From positions 1-36,452 of the IMG/VR virus record IMGVR_UViG_3300031672_000006: DNA of 36,452 nucleotides; one strand, written 5' to 3'. This document shows positions 8,305 to 17,269 of the stretch, piece after piece. Origin of the DNA: a virus (Duplodnaviria; Caudoviricetes). The notes beneath the pieces were generated by a model that did not search any database, had not been told where the DNA came from, and was given only the letters and a program-made list of their open reading frames with translations. The stretch's first letter is position 1, and each line of letters begins with the position of its first letter. Both the position numbers and the translations under genes were made by a program.

Positions 8305-8765
8305 TGCGTTATCGCATTCGCCGCCAGGAAGTTCCACGTGACGTTTTGCCCTTTTGCAGCATAGGGCTTGTCGGGGATCTTTCGAGGCATGACTCCGGTC
8401 AAGTAGTGGCCTGTCCCGTCCGTGATCGTTCGCAGGCTGATAGTCGTTGCCGCCCAGAAGCTCACGTCGTTGTTCCAGTCCGCCGCAGTCACGAGGAGAT
8501 TGTAGAGATCTATAAGTGCATGGTGCAGGTCGGAGGTTTGCTGCACTTCAATGGTCATCTCGGCGTTCGCGCCGGCGATATACATGGGCATTACACTTCC
8601 ATCGGTTCCGACCAGCACGTCGGCTCGCTCGGTCAACATTTTTATGGTGATTGAGCCGAGGCCGATATTTCCGCCGACAAGCTGATATGGAATGTCGAGG
8701 ATGGGGTTTATTAGAACTCCAGTCAAATCCCTGAAGCTGTATGTAGTCTGAACAGGTCCGAACAT
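8301..8765 (-). CDS. Tail tube protein (DUF3277-like)
   Basis: TYSF.D, VG.DG.V, TIEVQQTS and K.PDK.YA..GQ.VTW motifs; follows the sheath. Confidence 0.85.
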   Translation of the reverse strand: MFGPVQTTYSFRDLTGVLINPILDIPYQLVGGNIGLGSITIKMLTERADVLVGTDGSVMPMYIAGANAEMTIEVQQTSDLHHALIDLYNLLVTAADWNNDVSFWAATTISLRTITDGTGHYLTGVMPRKIPDKPYAAKGQNVTWNFLAANAITQ

Positions 8766-8775
8766 TTGCTCTCCC

Positions 8776-10173
8776 CTATAACTGCACGTTCACGTTAACG
8801 ATAACGCTATGCACCGCGCCTGCCTCAAGAATCGCGGCGTAAATTGGCATGGCCTTACGCGCCGCGCGATCTCCCGAAGATTGCTGCGTAAAGGACTGCG
8901 CTTGCACAAAATATCCTTGAGGCAACGCTTGGCCGGTGGTCAAATTCAGGACGGGCGCGCCTTCCCACACGCCGGGTCCGATATAGCCGATCAAGGCTTC
9001 CTGCGCGCAGGAGTTTTCCACTTGAGCGATAAGCTGATGCTCTCCTGGGTCCGTTTGCGGAATCTTCGGTACACTGACAAGTAAATTCATCAGATTGGTT
9101 TGAATCAGGTTGACAAGCATGGCGCGGCCGAGAATCTGATCGAAGAATTCTCCGCTTGAGAGGATTCCCGAAACTATGTATCCGTCATATGGTCCAAAGC
9201 TCGCGCATGTATTGCAGTTCGCCGCCGCAATGGCCGCATATTGAGTCTGCGTGAGAGGTTCCGGCGCAATGCCTACAAGGGACTTGAGATTGAGGGTAAA
9301 GGCGCTCCCGGCCAGCCCAGTATTCAGACCGCACGCGGCCCCGATAATCGCGGCGGCTGCATAGATGTTATTCGGGAACTCGTCCCCCGTCTGCGTGGTG
9401 TCATAGCTCAGGTAGGCACGATACTTCGCCGCCTGCATCTCGAGGGCAAGATTGCCGGTCGTTCCGGCTGGAATAGAGCTGTCGGCAGTCGAGCCAAAAT
9501 ACATGGCCGTCATCCAGTTCGCCGAGGACCATGCGGCCAAAGCGAGATGATCGGCGTCTACCGCCCCACAGCACATGAAGCAATACCATTGCTGGTTCAC
9601 CAGGCTGCACGCCTCGACAGCCTGGAGCAAAGTTTCACCGATGGCCGTAATATCAACTTCCAGGCCGGTTCCTGCTCCACTCGTCGTTGTCGGCAACGCC
9701 GTGGCAACGGAATATCCGGTCCCCTGATTGCCAGGGGTGGTTCCCAATGTTAGGACCGCGCCAGCATCTACAGTAAGAACGACCAGTTTTGCATTTGACG
9801 CACCAGCCTGCGTCGGCGTAACAGTATCTCCGACTGCGTATCCGGTACCCGCCGATCCACTATGGGGAATCGCCGTTTGGATGGCTGTAAGGTCCTGCCG
9901 TCCTATCCACACGAATTGCGGAACTGCAACCTGACTGAAATACAGGCCGGCGGAAATGTACTCAGGGTCCGTGTCAACGAATCCATCCGTCAGCATCGCA
10001 GCGAGAGAGGGATATTGGCGAATGCGCGCGTTCGCTCCATATGATGGAATGACGGTGGACGGGCCCACAATGAGGCCCTGATTGAATGGTCGCGGCGCAA
10101 CGGAGCCCTGGGCAACCGAAACGTTCACGACAACGATATCGCTTAGCGGTAAAGAACTCGGGGTTGAGCCCAT
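8776..10173 (-). CDS. Contractile tail sheath protein (DUF3383-like)
   Basis: LPLSDIV.V.V, PEY..A..YFSQ, G.FFD, KIPQTD.G and R.ARK..PI......AGAVH motifs. Confidence 0.92.
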   Translation of the reverse strand: MGSTPSSLPLSDIVVVNVSVAQGSVAPRPFNQGLIVGPSTVIPSYGANARIRQYPSLAAMLTDGFVDTDPEYISAGLYFSQVAVPQFVWIGRQDLTAIQTAIPHSGSAGTGYAVGDTVTPTQAGASNAKLVVLTVDAGAVLTLGTTPGNQGTGYSVATALPTTTSGAGTGLEVDITAIGETLLQAVEACSLVNQQWYCFMCCGAVDADHLALAAWSSANWMTAMYFGSTADSSIPAGTTGNLALEMQAAKYRAYLSYDTTQTGDEFPNNIYAAAAIIGAACGLNTGLAGSAFTLNLKSLVGIAPEPLTQTQYAAIAAANCNTCASFGPYDGYIVSGILSSGEFFDQILGRAMLVNLIQTNLMNLLVSVPKIPQTDPGEHQLIAQVENSCAQEALIGYIGPGVWEGAPVLNLTTGQALPQGYFVQAQSFTQQSSGDRAARKAMPIYAAILEAGAVHSVIVNVNVQL

Positions 10174-10182
10174 CGCATCTCC

Positions 10183-10794
10183 TTAACTTGCCGTAACGGT
10201 AAAGTCGGCCAGAACGCCGCCATTACCTTCAATCAGCGTTTCCACGCTCAGAATCGTCTGACGGTCAATGTTCTCCGTCACGAATTCGTACATTTCAACT
10301 TCCAGGTCCACGCGCTCAAACCATTGCCCATCGATCAATTCAGGGGCACGCACCTCTTGCGGGAAATCGCTTACCGGGAAAAGCTGTGAGAGGGCCAGCG
10401 CACCGACAAAATAGTCCTGGTACAAACCGCTTCTGATAGCGCGCGCCAGGTCGGTTGAATTTGGTCCGTAAAAGCACCAACGAATCGACCATGCCCTCGT
10501 ATAGTTCCACTGCTCGTTCAGGTCCGTATCGTTCAATGGTAAATTGAACACATCGCGGATTTTGTCGTATGGGTCATCCTTTGGAACGCAACGCAGGTAG
10601 CAAATATCCTCGGTCGCTTCCTGGAACGGTGCGCCGACCGTGGGCCATTCGATGCGTACCCGTGAAGTAGTCGTTGGGTCGGCCACCCCAATCATTCCGC
10701 ACGTCAACGGCTGCATGATCGCGTTGATTTGAGCAATCGTCAGCGCCGAGGAAGTCAGAACCGATCCGTCAGGATATGTGATCGAAGCGCCCAT
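10183..10794 (-). CDS. Tail terminator / neck protein
   Basis: VR..W...G.P, YTR.W....FYGP and PEL..GQW.ER.DL motifs; start moved to ATG 10794 (TAATG overlap). Confidence 0.75.
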   Translation of the reverse strand: MGASITYPDGSVLTSSALTIAQINAIMQPLTCGMIGVADPTTTSRVRIEWPTVGAPFQEATEDICYLRCVPKDDPYDKIRDVFNLPLNDTDLNEQWNYTRAWSIRWCFYGPNSTDLARAIRSGLYQDYFVGALALSQLFPVSDFPQEVRAPELIDGQWFERVDLEVEMYEFVTENIDRQTILSVETLIEGNGGVLADFTVTAS

Positions 10795-11156
10795 TAGTCG
10801 GCCTTCATCCTCGTGGCCATCGCACGCCAGTATCCGTAATCGACGTACTGCTTGACGAACAGCACGCGGTAGTTCTCGCCGCGCCACACCAAAATGTCGC
10901 TTGATCCACCCACGCCAGCGGTCGCGTGCGTCCCATAAATGATTTGCGAGGACCAGAAAACCATCATCCCCTTAACGATATCGCCCTCGGGAACCATGTC
11001 CAGGTCGCGTCCGCTTGGTTCGGCGATTACTCCATATCCCTGAACGGTGGCCGTTACCGACTGCCACACCCCATTCAGCCAAGAGCCAGTTGAGCGAAGG
11101 ATCGTGAATGCCTGTGCCAGATCGGGTTCGTTGACGACCTCGGCCACGCTTATCAT
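10794..11156 (-). CDS. Head closure / head-tail joining protein
   Basis: DL.Q.FTI.R..G.W..G.W, L..VPEGD, SDIL.W.G..Y.V.....Y.DYG pattern; synteny. Confidence 0.75.
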   Translation of the reverse strand: MISVAEVVNEPDLAQAFTILRSTGSWLNGVWQSVTATVQGYGVIAEPSGRDLDMVPEGDIVKGMMVFWSSQIIYGTHATAGVGGSSDILVWRGENYRVLFVKQYVDYGYWRAMATRMKAD

Positions 11157-11641
11157 CGCGATTCCCTAACGACGTAAGTAATCGACCGCCGCAGATCCCC
11201 AGTGTCAATCAATGGCCGGTCCGACTTCTTGCGCCGAATCGTGGAGGGCCTATTGGGAGGCCAGTTATTTCGCGGGTCCGTGAACCACGCCTTCGCCGCA
11301 TTGCTTCCGGCCATCCCCGCGCGGCGCAGGGCCGTGGTGGCCTGCGTGGGATTATCGTTTAGCATTCCCTTGACCGCATCTTGCAAATCAGAGGCAATCG
11401 CCTGCCTGTTTCCGTCCGCCGCGATTGCAGGCTCGATTACCGGGCGAGCGGGAATCTTGTGGCCAGGCGAACCATTCGCCAGAATGTACATCAGGGCTGC
11501 GTTGCCGATCTTTTCTCCCTTTCGGGAGTTGCGACTCTGCGGGATGCCGACCAGCACCTCGGACTTGGCGATCTTCGCGAGCGCTGACTGAAACCGCTTG
11601 ATTCCAGGTCCGCCCTTCGAAAGTGAGATATTCGGTGTCAT
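11153..11641 (-). CDS. Neck / tail-completion protein (HK97 gp10-like position)
   Basis: VLVGIP, GSP..KIPARP and PN.PSTI.RK.S.RPLIDTG.LR.SITY motifs. Confidence 0.85.
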   Translation of the reverse strand: MTPNISLSKGGPGIKRFQSALAKIAKSEVLVGIPQSRNSRKGEKIGNAALMYILANGSPGHKIPARPVIEPAIAADGNRQAIASDLQDAVKGMLNDNPTQATTALRRAGMAGSNAAKAWFTDPRNNWPPNRPSTIRRKKSDRPLIDTGDLRRSITYVVRESR

Positions 11642-11766
11642 TTCTTGATGCTCACGGCCAACCGGATATTGCTCTTGTGCCTATTCTCGATAGCTTTCTC
11701 GCTAAAAAACTCGCGCGCCCAAGATGCGACATACATCACGTTTCCCGTTATGTAGAAATGTCTCAT
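11638..11766 (-). CDS. 42-aa hypothetical protein inside the neck module
   Basis: ATGA overlaps at both ends; MRHFYITGNVMYVASWAREFFSEKAIENRHKSNIRLAVSIKK. Confidence 0.5.
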   Translation of the reverse strand: MRHFYITGNVMYVASWAREFFSEKAIENRHKSNIRLAVSIKK

Positions 11767-12485
11767 CCCACGTACACCGGACCACATCCCACAACACGAG
11801 CCTGCGTTGCTAGCTGCTGCCCATAAATCGTCAGGTTCCACGCCGCCCAGTTATCGAGCGCGGTTAGCGGCTGATAGGTAACGCTCACATCTCCCACCGA
11901 CTTACTGACCTGAATTCCATTGGCGATAGCCTGCGAGGCGATCTGTCCTGCGGTGGTGTTTGTATTCCCATCGGATTGCAGATAGAGGCTCAGGAAGTGC
12001 GCGATGTACCAACCCATTGCGATGTACCACATCTCGCGCCACCGAGATTGCATCAACGACGCATAGGCCAGATTCAGATATAACTGAATGACCGCGAGCG
12101 TCACGATCTGGCTTTCGTAAATCGTCACCGTCTCGGTTGCCGAAACGGTCGCATTCAGGGAAAGGGTGATCGTGTTAGATGTGGTGCCTGCAACAACGGT
12201 TCCAGCGGGAATTCCATTGCCAATTACAAGCTGGCCGGGAAATACGCCGGCGGTCGACGACACGCCGGAAATTACTGGAGACGTGGCCGTCAAGGTGCCA
12301 CTTACTGAAGTTCCAGGACCATAGAATTTAGGGTAGACAGAGAGAAAATCGTTCACGGTATACGGTGGATTGCCTGTCTGCGGGATGCCTGCCGCCAGGC
12401 CCTGATACGCATCGCCAATCGCGGAATAGTCGTATCCGAAACCTCCATAAATCGACATGTAGAATAGCGTCAGGTCAGGAAACAT
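11763..12485 (-). CDS. Head-tail adaptor, DUF4054-like, with an inserted beta-rich domain
   Basis: F...YP.F, YIAHFL.L, SKSVGDVSV.Y and WN.T.YGQQ motifs; start moved to ATG 12485. Confidence 0.85.
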   Translation of the reverse strand: MFPDLTLFYMSIYGGFGYDYSAIGDAYQGLAAGIPQTGNPPYTVNDFLSVYPKFYGPGTSVSGTLTATSPVISGVSSTAGVFPGQLVIGNGIPAGTVVAGTTSNTITLSLNATVSATETVTIYESQIVTLAVIQLYLNLAYASLMQSRWREMWYIAMGWYIAHFLSLYLQSDGNTNTTAGQIASQAIANGIQVSKSVGDVSVTYQPLTALDNWAAWNLTIYGQQLATQARVVGCGPVYVG

Positions 12486-12507
12486 CAGCTCTTCTCTTTG
12501 CAAGAGG

Positions 12508-12600
12508 CAGACTGCCGAGATGCCGTCTTTATACTCACCGCAAAGGAGTCCACTGCGCCCGCGCCTCTCTGTGCGAGCGCCCCTCTCGTCGGCAGTCCTG
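12508..12600 (-). ncRNA. Putative multibranch structured RNA in the late transcript
   Basis: Perfect 9-bp closing stem GACTGCCGA/TCGGCAGTC (12597-12589 with 12518-12510) enclosing a GCGCTCGC/GCGGGCGC stem and an ACTC/GAGT stem. Confidence 0.45.
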
Positions 12601-12867
12601 TCACCTTAGTTGCTTTCTCGGGGTCTGTTTTTTTGTGTTTGTGGCTGTGTCGTTCACCTCCGGTACGTCAACCGATGATTGACTATCGACAGGCGCGGCT
12701 TCGGGTGCATTGACAACTTCGATCCAGCGGGATTGCTGCGCCGCCTTGAAATACGGATCGCCTAAAAATCTATCCGGAAATATCTGCGGACGGTCTAGAG
12801 GAACCGCAGTATGTGTTCCTTCTTCATCCGAGAAAGAAAGTCTCCGATTCGAAATGACTAGCGCCAT
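12601..12867 (-). CDS. Small head-module protein downstream of the capsid gene
   Basis: SD GAGGAG; Q..P.....DPYF.AA.....I.V core with a disordered tail; usual position in this head type. Confidence 0.75.
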   Translation of the reverse strand: MALVISNRRLSFSDEEGTHTAVPLDRPQIFPDRFLGDPYFKAAQQSRWIEVVNAPEAAPVDSQSSVDVPEVNDTATNTKKQTPRKQLR

Positions 12868-12876
12868 GAGAGCTCC

Positions 12877-13956
12877 TCAAATTTTGTCTTGGTACAGCAT
12901 CGTCTGGGGAGCTTTGGCCTTCACGATCCCGGTGTTCCCGATGTACGTTGCGACGAATGCGCCATCCTGAAGCGATAGCGGTCCACCCATTCTCTGGATG
13001 TCCTGAAGAATCCCGAACTCCACGAAATTCTTGTTGAAGCTGTAGGACACCAAGCGCCGCGAACTAGAAGCGCCAACCGTTTCGAGCCAGTTAGGAACCG
13101 GCACGATTTCGGGGGTCTTGCCATTGATGGCCAGACCGAAATAGTTTGCCTTGATGTATTCGAGAACGTTTTTGAAGATGCCGACCGAGGTCGCGCTTCC
13201 TGTCGGAAGGACCATTGGCTGAAGCAGGAGAGGATATGCCGTTCCCGGAACCAGGAAGCGATCCGGAACGGAGTCGAGCGCATATCCGCAAGCTGCCCAT
13301 GTAATCGATGCGGCGTTCTGGAAGTCGTTGAAGATGTCCAAGGGGGTTTTCGTCGCCCATCCTGGAGTTCCGGATGTCGCGCCATTCGCCGCCGCCTGCG
13401 CGGTAACTCCGTCCTGATTTACGAGGCCCGGCTTCCCAAACTTCCCGTCGTACACACGCTGGTCGAGCGTCTTGTTCCACACCACGCGCACGGCATCGTT
13501 GAGGATGTCGTTCGGGCTCTTGTTGGCTTGGGCCAGCATCAGCGATTCGATTAAGGGAATGCGGATCGAGCGCTGCCACGGGAACGCAGGGTACACGTCC
13601 TGCGAACGCGTGTAGTTGACCACGCCGATGTCGTTTGCACCGGCGCCAGCTCCGTCGATATTCGAATCGCCAACGGATACGAATTCGGACGTTTCGGAAG
13701 TGACCCATCCGCCACCATTGGTCAGGGGCACGTCACGGAACCACGTATGCCCTTCGAGCGGCATATGCAGGATCGTGTCTGCCTTGTTCAGCTCCGACTG
13801 CAAGAAAATCTGCCCGGTGGCGACCGCGTCCTTGACAGCATGGGAACCGTGAATTCGAAGCGCCATCAGGTCGCTCAAGTAAGACGAGGACTTTAGTTTC
13901 GCTTCGAGTTCCGGGTCTCTCCGCGTACTGCGCCCGGTAGAGTATTTTTCGATCAT
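12877..13956 (-). CDS. Major capsid protein (DUF2184 / encapsulin-like HK97 fold)
   Basis: FL.SEL.K.D, TW.RD.PL..GGGW, GL.N and W..KT...I..D motifs; start moved to ATG 13956 with SD GGAAGG. Confidence 0.9.
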   Translation of the reverse strand: MIEKYSTGRSTRRDPELEAKLKSSSYLSDLMALRIHGSHAVKDAVATGQIFLQSELNKADTILHMPLEGHTWFRDVPLTNGGGWVTSETSEFVSVGDSNIDGAGAGANDIGVVNYTRSQDVYPAFPWQRSIRIPLIESLMLAQANKSPNDILNDAVRVVWNKTLDQRVYDGKFGKPGLVNQDGVTAQAAANGATSGTPGWATKTPLDIFNDFQNAASITWAACGYALDSVPDRFLVPGTAYPLLLQPMVLPTGSATSVGIFKNVLEYIKANYFGLAINGKTPEIVPVPNWLETVGASSSRRLVSYSFNKNFVEFGILQDIQRMGGPLSLQDGAFVATYIGNTGIVKAKAPQTMLYQDKI

Positions 13957-13960
13957 GGGT

Positions 13961-14824
13961 TTATGCCACCTTCCTTTCAAGAATCGTTGCTTGCGCTGTT
14001 ACCTGCGCCGTGACGGGATCGGTAGACAGCAGGCCCGTCTTGAAGACCATGTTTTCGATAAGAATTGTCTTCATTGCCGCGACGATGGAGAATCCATCCG
14101 AGCGAGTCATCGCCGTGCCACCAGCCGTGATCGTGAACTGAATCTGATTCCCGGCATTGAAGGCAACCCCGGTGGTTCCCACTCCCAGGAAACGTCCCAT
14201 TGGATCGAATACCAAAAATGATGTCGCGGTAAAGAAATCGACCAGGTAGGTTCCGGTAATGGCAAATGGCAGGTTCGAAAGAGTGCCGATGGTCGCATTG
14301 CCGACATTGCCGGCAAATGCGGTGCCCACCGGAGTCACGCCATCGTTAACCGCCTCAAATCCACCAACCACGCCATTCGGAATCGCGCCGTTCAGGGTCG
14401 TCCGGATGTACACCGGAACGCCAGCCCCGGAAGGCGTGCCGTTATTGATCGCGATGTTGATTGTTCCGCGCGTGAGGCCATTGCAAATCATGCCCGGCGC
14501 GTAGTACCCGGCTGGCATGTTAGTTCCGCCAGAGAGCGGGAAGTAAGCGTTGGCCTCGACTGTGTCCTTCGCGATGCCCAGCGGATATAGCGGCTGATTG
14601 TCCTGCATGAGGGCAATGAATGCCGCAACGCTGTTTTTAGAAATGAAGGAAGCTACACTCGAATAGGTATTGTCGGGATTCAACACGAACGGATCGCCGA
14701 AGTTGATATTCAGCGTGTCGGTCGTCTCCACCAGTCGCGGACTAATCAGCGGGAAGTCTGTCTGAGAAATTGCACCGACCGGCTGCTCAAGTGCTCCTGT
14801 AACCGGGATTACACTAACTGGCAT
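13961..14824 (-). CDS. Capsid cement/decoration protein with an inserted beta domain
   Basis: I.FG.P.V, L.RG.I.I....GTP..G.PVY.R....A.P....GG.EA motifs; lies between protease and capsid. Confidence 0.8.
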   Translation of the reverse strand: MPVSVIPVTGALEQPVGAISQTDFPLISPRLVETTDTLNINFGDPFVLNPDNTYSSVASFISKNSVAAFIALMQDNQPLYPLGIAKDTVEANAYFPLSGGTNMPAGYYAPGMICNGLTRGTINIAINNGTPSGAGVPVYIRTTLNGAIPNGVVGGFEAVNDGVTPVGTAFAGNVGNATIGTLSNLPFAITGTYLVDFFTATSFLVFDPMGRFLGVGTTGVAFNAGNQIQFTITAGGTAMTRSDGFSIVAAMKTILIENMVFKTGLLSTDPVTAQVTAQATILERKVA

Positions 14825-16259
14825 GTCGTTCTCCTCTCGCCTTCAAATGCTCGTTCCACGCCTTGAGTCCATCGGCGTATGACTTTCCATTGAAGAATTC
14901 GAACATAGGAATGTCAGGCTCTGAGTCGTTCGCCCCGCCGCTGATTTTTGTAAGGGCTTCGAACGGATCGGGCGCTCCATCCTTGACTCCGGATTGAATC
15001 TCCTTCACACTGCGAGCGATCTTGTTGAAGGCATTGATCGCCTTGCAATCCTTCGATTTGGCAATCAATGGGCGAATCGCGCCGAGAGAAGCCGCCGCGT
15101 CCCCGACCTTCCATTCAGTCTTTCCGCGCTCATCGGGAGGCAGGATTTCGGCGTCGTCTTTTCCGCCCTTCTTGTCGCCGTTGGCCTTTTCCTCTTCCAC
15201 GAGCTTTTCGACCTTTTCATCGTCGGGCTCTTCGTCCTTGGCCTTTTTGTCTTCGCCCTCTTCCTGGCCTTCGTCTTCGTCGTCATCCTTCGCGTCCATG
15301 TAGGCGTCGAGGGCGGAGTGCATGGCATCGCGGGCCGCTTTCTTGCGGTCCTTGACCTTAGACTCTTTTTTCTCGTCCCGCTTTTCCTCGTCTTCCTTTT
15401 CGTCCTTCATCTCGGCGAGGGCATCCGCGATCTCTTCAGGCTTCGCGTCCTTCGCCCAATTCTGGAATCCAATCGCACTAAGCAAATCTCTGAATTTCAT
15501 GGCCACCCTCTTTCGTATTGGAGCCTCGTCGATTGCCGCGTCTCGAATGCCAACTTCTTCACCGGCTCGTCCTTTTGGAACTACGGCAATGTGATTGCCT
15601 CGAATCTTGGTTTGGATCAGCCTTCCGGATTCATCCTTGGCCAGCAGAAACGTGTAGCCACAGGACACGTCACGCACGCCGCCATCGATCTTCACATTCA
15701 GGTCAGGGTGCTTTACTTGGAGGTCGGCCACCAAGGAAGTCTCGCCATCCGGAAGCTTGTCGCCGACGCGAACGTTCTGCGCGTGGCCCTTGGTATAGCC
15801 GTCGTATTCGTCCAGGGCGTCCACGAGTATTTTTTCACCTTCCGGATGCTCATCCAGGACGGACTTGCCCTCGAATGAAGCTAATGTTTCCGGTGCAGTT
15901 ACTTCCTCGATTGGCCGATAGACTTCTACCTGCTCGTCGTCGGAAAGATTCCATGAAGGGTCATAACCAGCATTCTTTTTGAGTTCCCGTCCAAGGTATG
16001 TCTGAGTTCCAGTGCGTGCGATTGGCACGTTTTTGTAGATGCGGTAGCCTTCCGGGGTTTGAAACTGAGATTCCTTGCCGGGCAGCAGGGAGGCGTAATA
16101 ACTGAGCTTGTTACTGGGAGTCTTCGTGGCTGCGTCTTTCGACTTACGCGCATTCGAGTATGCGATGGCGGCAGCCTGGGATCGCTTGCGTCCCGCGCGT
16201 ATCTCGGTCGCGATATTCCTGCTGATAACTTTTTGCGAAGTTCCGGCAGCAAGGGGCAT
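14814..16259 (-). CDS. Prohead protease/scaffold, DUF2213 family
   Basis: VPIARTG.Q.Y, SFEGK.V.DEHP, SCGY and GNHIAVV..GRAG motifs; acidic scaffold tail; start moved to ATG 16259 (MPLAAG...). Confidence 0.93.
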   Translation of the reverse strand: MPLAAGTSQKVISRNIATEIRAGRKRSQAAAIAYSNARKSKDAATKTPSNKLSYYASLLPGKESQFQTPEGYRIYKNVPIARTGTQTYLGRELKKNAGYDPSWNLSDDEQVEVYRPIEEVTAPETLASFEGKSVLDEHPEGEKILVDALDEYDGYTKGHAQNVRVGDKLPDGETSLVADLQVKHPDLNVKIDGGVRDVSCGYTFLLAKDESGRLIQTKIRGNHIAVVPKGRAGEEVGIRDAAIDEAPIRKRVAMKFRDLLSAIGFQNWAKDAKPEEIADALAEMKDEKEDEEKRDEKKESKVKDRKKAARDAMHSALDAYMDAKDDDEDEGQEEGEDKKAKDEEPDDEKVEKLVEEEKANGDKKGGKDDAEILPPDERGKTEWKVGDAAASLGAIRPLIAKSKDCKAINAFNKIARSVKEIQSGVKDGAPDPFEALTKISGGANDSEPDIPMFEFFNGKSYADGLKAWNEHLKARGERHAS

Positions 16260-16320
16260 GTGACAACGAAAACCTAACAGGATTCCGCAAAGCAAAATGC
16301 AGCAATTACGCTATTGACTA

Positions 16321-16349
16321 TTGATTTTGTGGAGAATGACGGGTAAAAT
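16321..16349 (+). promoter_or_regulatory. Sigma70-type promoter of the moron
   Basis: TTGATT-17 nt-TAAAAT, 8 nt before ATG 16358. Confidence 0.7.
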
Positions 16350-16375
16350 CACGGCAAATGTCGGGTAATATTACG
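16336..16375 (+). repeat. Two 18-bp imperfect direct repeats (putative RHH operator)
   Basis: ATGACGGGTAAAATCACG (16336) and ATGTCGGGTAATATTACG (16358): 15/18 identical, 22-bp period. Confidence 0.65.
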
Positions 16376-16525
16376 ATGACCGAACGGAAGCGGGCAGACC
16401 TAAGACTCAGCGTGACTGTATTGCACCTCATGGCAGCACTCGCAAAAAACCTCGGTATAGGTAAAGCTCACGTTCTGGAATTGGCCGTGCGGGACATGGC
16501 CGAAAGAAAAGGCATCAAGTACTGA
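16358..16525 (+). CDS. Ribbon-helix-helix (CopG-like) regulator
   Basis: Not in the ORF track (55 aa; alternative start 16376): MSGNITMTERKRADLRLSVTVLHLMAALAKNLGIGKAHVLELAVRDMAERKGIKY. Confidence 0.8.
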   Translation: MSGNITMTERKRADLRLSVTVLHLMAALAKNLGIGKAHVLELAVRDMAERKGIKY

Positions 16526-16543
16526 ACGGAAAGGAGGTGTCCG

Positions 16544-16792
16544 ATGGACCCAGGCGCCATTGCGGTATTCGCAGTTGTCGCGTACTTCCTTCCTTCGATA
16601 GTAGCTCAATCACGGGGCCATCAATCCAAACTGGCGATCTTCGTTTTGAATCTTCTGCTCGGCTGGACGGTCATTGCGTGGATTGCTTGCCTGGTGTGGT
16701 CATGCACGGGATTAGCTGGCAAGGAACGAGATATACAGAGGCAGCTTGCGGAGAAGCAGCTCGAATGGCTGGCAAGTCAAAAGAGGACGTGA
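16544..16792 (+). CDS. Superinfection immunity protein (T4 Imm-like membrane protein)
   Basis: YFLPSIVA..RGH....AIF.LNLLLGWT.I.WI..LVWS signature; SD AAGGAGG. Confidence 0.92.
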   Translation: MDPGAIAVFAVVAYFLPSIVAQSRGHQSKLAIFVLNLLLGWTVIAWIACLVWSCTGLAGKERDIQRQLAEKQLEWLASQKRT

Positions 16793-16977
16793 GCGATGCG
16801 TCTGATGGATCGTCCAAAGCTATTGGAGTGCTGGCGCATGAATTAGCCGATTATTGGCTGGCGAATCAAAAATAGGCTGAAATAACTGTGGGGATAGAAC
16901 TTTTATTTTCTGGGCTCGGGCGGCCGACAACGCCCCTAGATGTTGACATGCTGTCATATTCCTGGACTGTATTTTAT

Positions 16978-17008
16978 TTGACATTGTCTGGGTATCTCAC
17001 ACTATACT
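16978..17008 (+). promoter_or_regulatory. Possible promoter for the HTH gene
   Basis: TTGACA-19 nt-TATACT (long spacer); palindromes TGACA-TGC-TGTCA (16944-16956) and GACA-T-TGTC (16980-16988) nearby. Confidence 0.45.
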
Positions 17009-17032
17009 TGAGTTCTTCAAGGAGGATTACCG

Positions 17033-17224
17033 ATGGCTAAAACGGATCAGGTTAGCAGGACAGCCTCAGATTTTGTGAACGTCAAAGAGGCCGCGATTTT
17101 TACTACGCTGAGCGAAGTTTCAATAAGACGTTTCCTGACACAGAAGCGATTGACACGGTACAAAATCGGCGGTCGCACTCTGATCCGTAGAAGCCAGCTG
17201 CTCTCATTGATAATCGCCGAGTAA
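17033..17224 (+). CDS. Excisionase-family (HTH_17-like) DNA-binding protein
   Basis: FVNVKEAA....LS..SIRR......L..YKIGGRTLI...L pattern; SD AAGGAGG. Confidence 0.88.
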   Translation: MAKTDQVSRTASDFVNVKEAAIFTTLSEVSIRRFLTQKRLTRYKIGGRTLIRRSQLLSLIIAE

Positions 17225-17235
17225 TAAGGCAGTCT

Positions 17236-17269
17236 GGAATCCGCCAGCTTTAGCCGTGGGGAGGTTCAA
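17236..17269 (+). mobile_element. Orphan IS200/IS605-family right-end hairpin (omegaRNA 3'-like remnant)
   Basis: GGAATCCGCCAGCTTTAGCCGTGGGGAGGTTCAA resembles the GAATCCC..GCTTTAGC..GGG(G)AG..TCAA ends that follow tnpB; no tnpA or tnpB present. Confidence 0.7.

Noticed and set aside
445-10794. Tailocin or extracellular contractile injection system
   Set aside because: Complete head and DNA-packaging modules are contiguous with the tail genes
12877-13956. Bacterial encapsulin nanocompartment
   Set aside because: Flanked by protease, cement, portal, terminase and tail genes, so it is the phage capsid
14994-15878. 294-aa hydrophobic plus-strand ORF
   Set aside because: Reverse complement of the Lys/Glu/Asp-rich scaffold, which gives F/L/V-rich text artefactually
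17033-17224. Prophage excisionase marking an att boundary
   Set aside because: No integrase or att-like repeat nearby, and essential head genes lie on both sides
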